Positions 16,758-18,597 of a stretch of 18,597 nt of DNA are shown piece by piece (within the stretch, counting starts at the first letter, position 1; each line of letters starts with the position of its first letter). Under the pieces are notes generated by a model. It was not told the origin of the DNA. It saw nothing but the letters and a program-made list of their open reading frames with translations, and searched no databases. The stretch covers positions 1-18,597 of the forward strand of contig JAYZQJ010000109.1 in the NCBI GenBank assembly GCA_036149055.1, read 5' to 3'. This DNA is from Myxococcota bacterium. GTDB taxonomy: Bacteria > Myxococcota_A > Polyangia > Polyangiales > Sandaracinaceae. Position numbers and translations under genes: made by a program.

Positions 16758-16961
16758 GGCCCGTTTTCAGGACTAATAGTTAGTGTTTCCGAGGCAACTT
16801 TCCGCCAAAATGTCAAACACTTAGTCCTGAAAACGGAGAATCCGTCAGAATGTCAAATTGTTAGTCTTTCTGGCGGAGCGGTGGGTCTCGAGGACTAACT
16901 ATTAGTGTTTCCGAGCCACAGCTCCGTTTTCGGGACTACTCGGTACTGTTTCGACGAACCG
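16758..16961. repeat. AT-rich array of five imperfect palindromes with a 40-41-bp period
   Basis: Cores ACTAA-tag-TTAGT, TCAAA-cac-TTAGT, TCAAA-ttg-TTAGT, ACTAA-cta-TTAGT and ACTAC-tcg-GTACT, centred at 16778, 16819, 16859, 16900 and 16941. Confidence 0.82.
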
Positions 16962-16993
16962 CGTGTCTGTAGGAGAATGGAGAGGAGTTCGCG

Positions 16994-17440
16994 TCAGCGG
17001 CGGGCGTCCTCTCGCTCGACGAAGTTCCGCTGGGCCGCGTTCCACTGGTAGAACCGCTGCGTGCCGCAGACGTCGAGCCAGTAGCCTTCGACTCCTTCGG
17101 ACGAACCGTTCGCCTGCACCTGAACGTCGTCGAGAGCGCAACCGTGGTGCGCGGATGCGACCGCGCGCGCGGCGACGGCGCGGGCTGAAGCACCGCGGCT
17201 CTGCCTGGGGTCCCCGACTGGCTGCCACCAGCACTCCTCCTCGTGGATCCCCGCGCTCCCGAGCACCGGACACGTCACCAGGAACACGCGGTCGACGTCC
17301 TGCCACTCCTGCACGACGACGAAGCGAACCGCATCGCCGGACTGAACCAGCCCGCCGACCGTGACCTGGTTGTACGGCGCGCTACTGCACGCTGGAAGAA
17401 CCACCAGGAGAGCCACCATCGCCAAGCTGAAGCATCGCAT
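16994..17440 (-). CDS. Hypothetical lipoprotein, 148 aa
   Basis: MRCFSLAMVALLVVLPAC lipoprotein-type signal. C-terminal 'ASAHHGC...VQV...YWLDVCGTQRFY' small Cys-paired domain. Confidence 0.72.
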   Translation of the reverse strand: MRCFSLAMVALLVVLPACSSAPYNQVTVGGLVQSGDAVRFVVVQEWQDVDRVFLVTCPVLGSAGIHEEECWWQPVGDPRQSRGASARAVAARAVASAHHGCALDDVQVQANGSSEGVEGYWLDVCGTQRFYQWNAAQRNFVEREDARR

Positions 17441-17569
17441 CACATGCGCATGACATTTGGCGCGGGGACGCGCCAGCTCCCCGTGCAAGCTGAGAGCCGA
17501 GACAGGGGCCGGCGACAACGGCGCCGTGTGAGAGAAAGAGCCGGGCTCCGCGGCCTGCGCGCACAGGTC

Positions 17570-18597
17570 GCTTCAACGGGGCCGGCACGAGCGCCGGATG
17601 AGAGCTCGACGGCCGCGACCTCCTTGTCGACACCGGGGCCGGCGGCGAGCGCCGGATGAGAGGGCGACATGTTGCCGCTGCTCCGGAGGCACGGCCACGC
17701 TTCAACGGGGCCGGCGACGAGCGCCGGATGAGAGACGTCGCGGAGCGGGTGCTGCGCGCTGCGGGTGCGGCCGCCGCTCGCGCTTCAACGGGGCCGGCGA
17801 GGAGCGTCGGATGAGAGCCGCGCGAGCGGCGCCTACGTGATTCGCGACGCCGGGACGCTTCAACGGGGCCGGCGACGAGCGCCGGATGAGAGACTCCTCG
17901 CGGTAGACGTCGCCGCACGCGCGGCAGGTGGCTTCAACGGGGCCGGCGGCGAGCGCCGGATGAGAGTCGCGATGGATTCGGGCAGCTCGGCGCCCGCCAT
18001 CATCGCGATTCACCGGGGCCGGCGACGAGCGCCGGATGAGAGGGCCGTCCCACAGACTGCGCGCCCGCGTGGCGCCTTGAGCTTCAACGGGGCCGGCGAC
18101 GAGCGCCGGATGAGAGCGAGGTCGTGGTGCTCATCCCGGCGCGCACGGACACGCTTCAACGGGGCCGGCGACGAGCGCCGGATGAGAGCGGGTCGGGCGC
18201 TCGTAGGGGTGCTCGCGCCGCTTGCTTCAACGGGGCCGGCGACGAGCGCCGGATGAGAGGCGCTCGGTTAGAACCCCGCCTATGGTCGAGGGCACGCTTC
18301 AACGGGGCCGGCGACGAGCGCCGGATGAGAGGCGTCACACTAGAAGTCCCTACGCCCCTCCCCAACGCAGGCTTCAACGGGGCCGGCGACGAGCGCCGGA
18401 TGAGAGGGCGCCACGGAAGAGGCGAAGCGCATGGGCCTTGACAAGCTTCAACGGGGCCGGCGACGAGCGCCGGATGAGAGACGGGAGCGGCGGGGACGCC
18501 GCGAAGGGAGAACGCGTGCTTCAACGGGGCCGGCGACGAGCGCCGGATGAGAGGCTCACCACGAGCGCGGCCGACACACCCGCCTACCTGCTTCAAC
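17570..18597 (-). CRISPR. CRISPR array with a type I-G (I-U)-like 36-bp repeat; trailer end, truncated by the window edge
   Basis: Repeat GCTTCAACGGGGCCGGCGACGAGCGCCGGATGAGAG (reverse complement CTCTCATCCGGCGCTCGTCGCCGGCCCCGTTGAAGC). It starts at 17570, ~17627, 17699, 17782, 17857, 17931, 18007, 18081, 18153, 18224, 18296, 18371, 18445, 18518 and (partial) 18590. Spacers are mostly 35-40 bp. A further eroded copy lies at ~17499-17534. The TTGAAGC 3' end and leftward decay imply minus-strand transcription with the leader to the right. Confidence 0.98.

Noticed and set aside
16758..16961. The 41-bp array as a second CRISPR array or the CRISPR leader
   Set aside because: It has no constant repeat plus unique spacer structure. 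It lies on the degenerate trailer side and is separated from the array by a gene.
17663..17671. Spacer start GGCGACATG matching 10571-10593 (self-targeting)
   Set aside because: Only 9 nt match, which is chance level. No full spacer match was noticed within the window by eye.
17382..18596. ORFs within the CRISPR array
   Set aside because: They are translations of repeats and spacers (recurring LIRRSSPAPLK / FNGAGDERRMR).

Overview
Very GC-rich bacterial DNA with a gene content typical of myxobacteria (Polyangiales/Sandaracinus-like; this is inferred from gene families only). From left to right: the 5' end of a minus-strand gene; an inverted-repeat element; an orphan CopG/RHH antitoxin-like gene; a coupled minus-strand operon (cyclophilin, N-formylglutamate amidohydrolase-like protein, macro-domain protein); a small Cys-containing thioredoxin-like protein; an AgmX/PglI C-terminal domain protein; two Cys-rich lipoproteins (MopE-like repeats plus C-type lectin; five TSP1-like repeats); a TPR/PEGA-like membrane protein; a Ser/Thr kinase; two 67-bp palindromic REP-like hairpins; and two hybrid histidine kinases, one with an FHA domain. 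An accessory segment follows (about 14.2-17.4 kb): a probably disabled AbiEii-like nucleotidyltransferase pair, hypothetical genes, and an unexplained AT-rich array of five palindromes with a ~41-bp period. The window ends in the eroding trailer end of a type I-G (I-U)-like CRISPR array; no cas genes are visible. The most notable unexplained signals are the 41-bp palindromic array upstream of a helical hypothetical gene and the GGGGACGATCCTATTC hairpin family with a compensatory base-pair change. One CRISPR spacer translates to a phage adenine-methylase-like motif. All protein calls are from motif recognition by eye; no searches were run.
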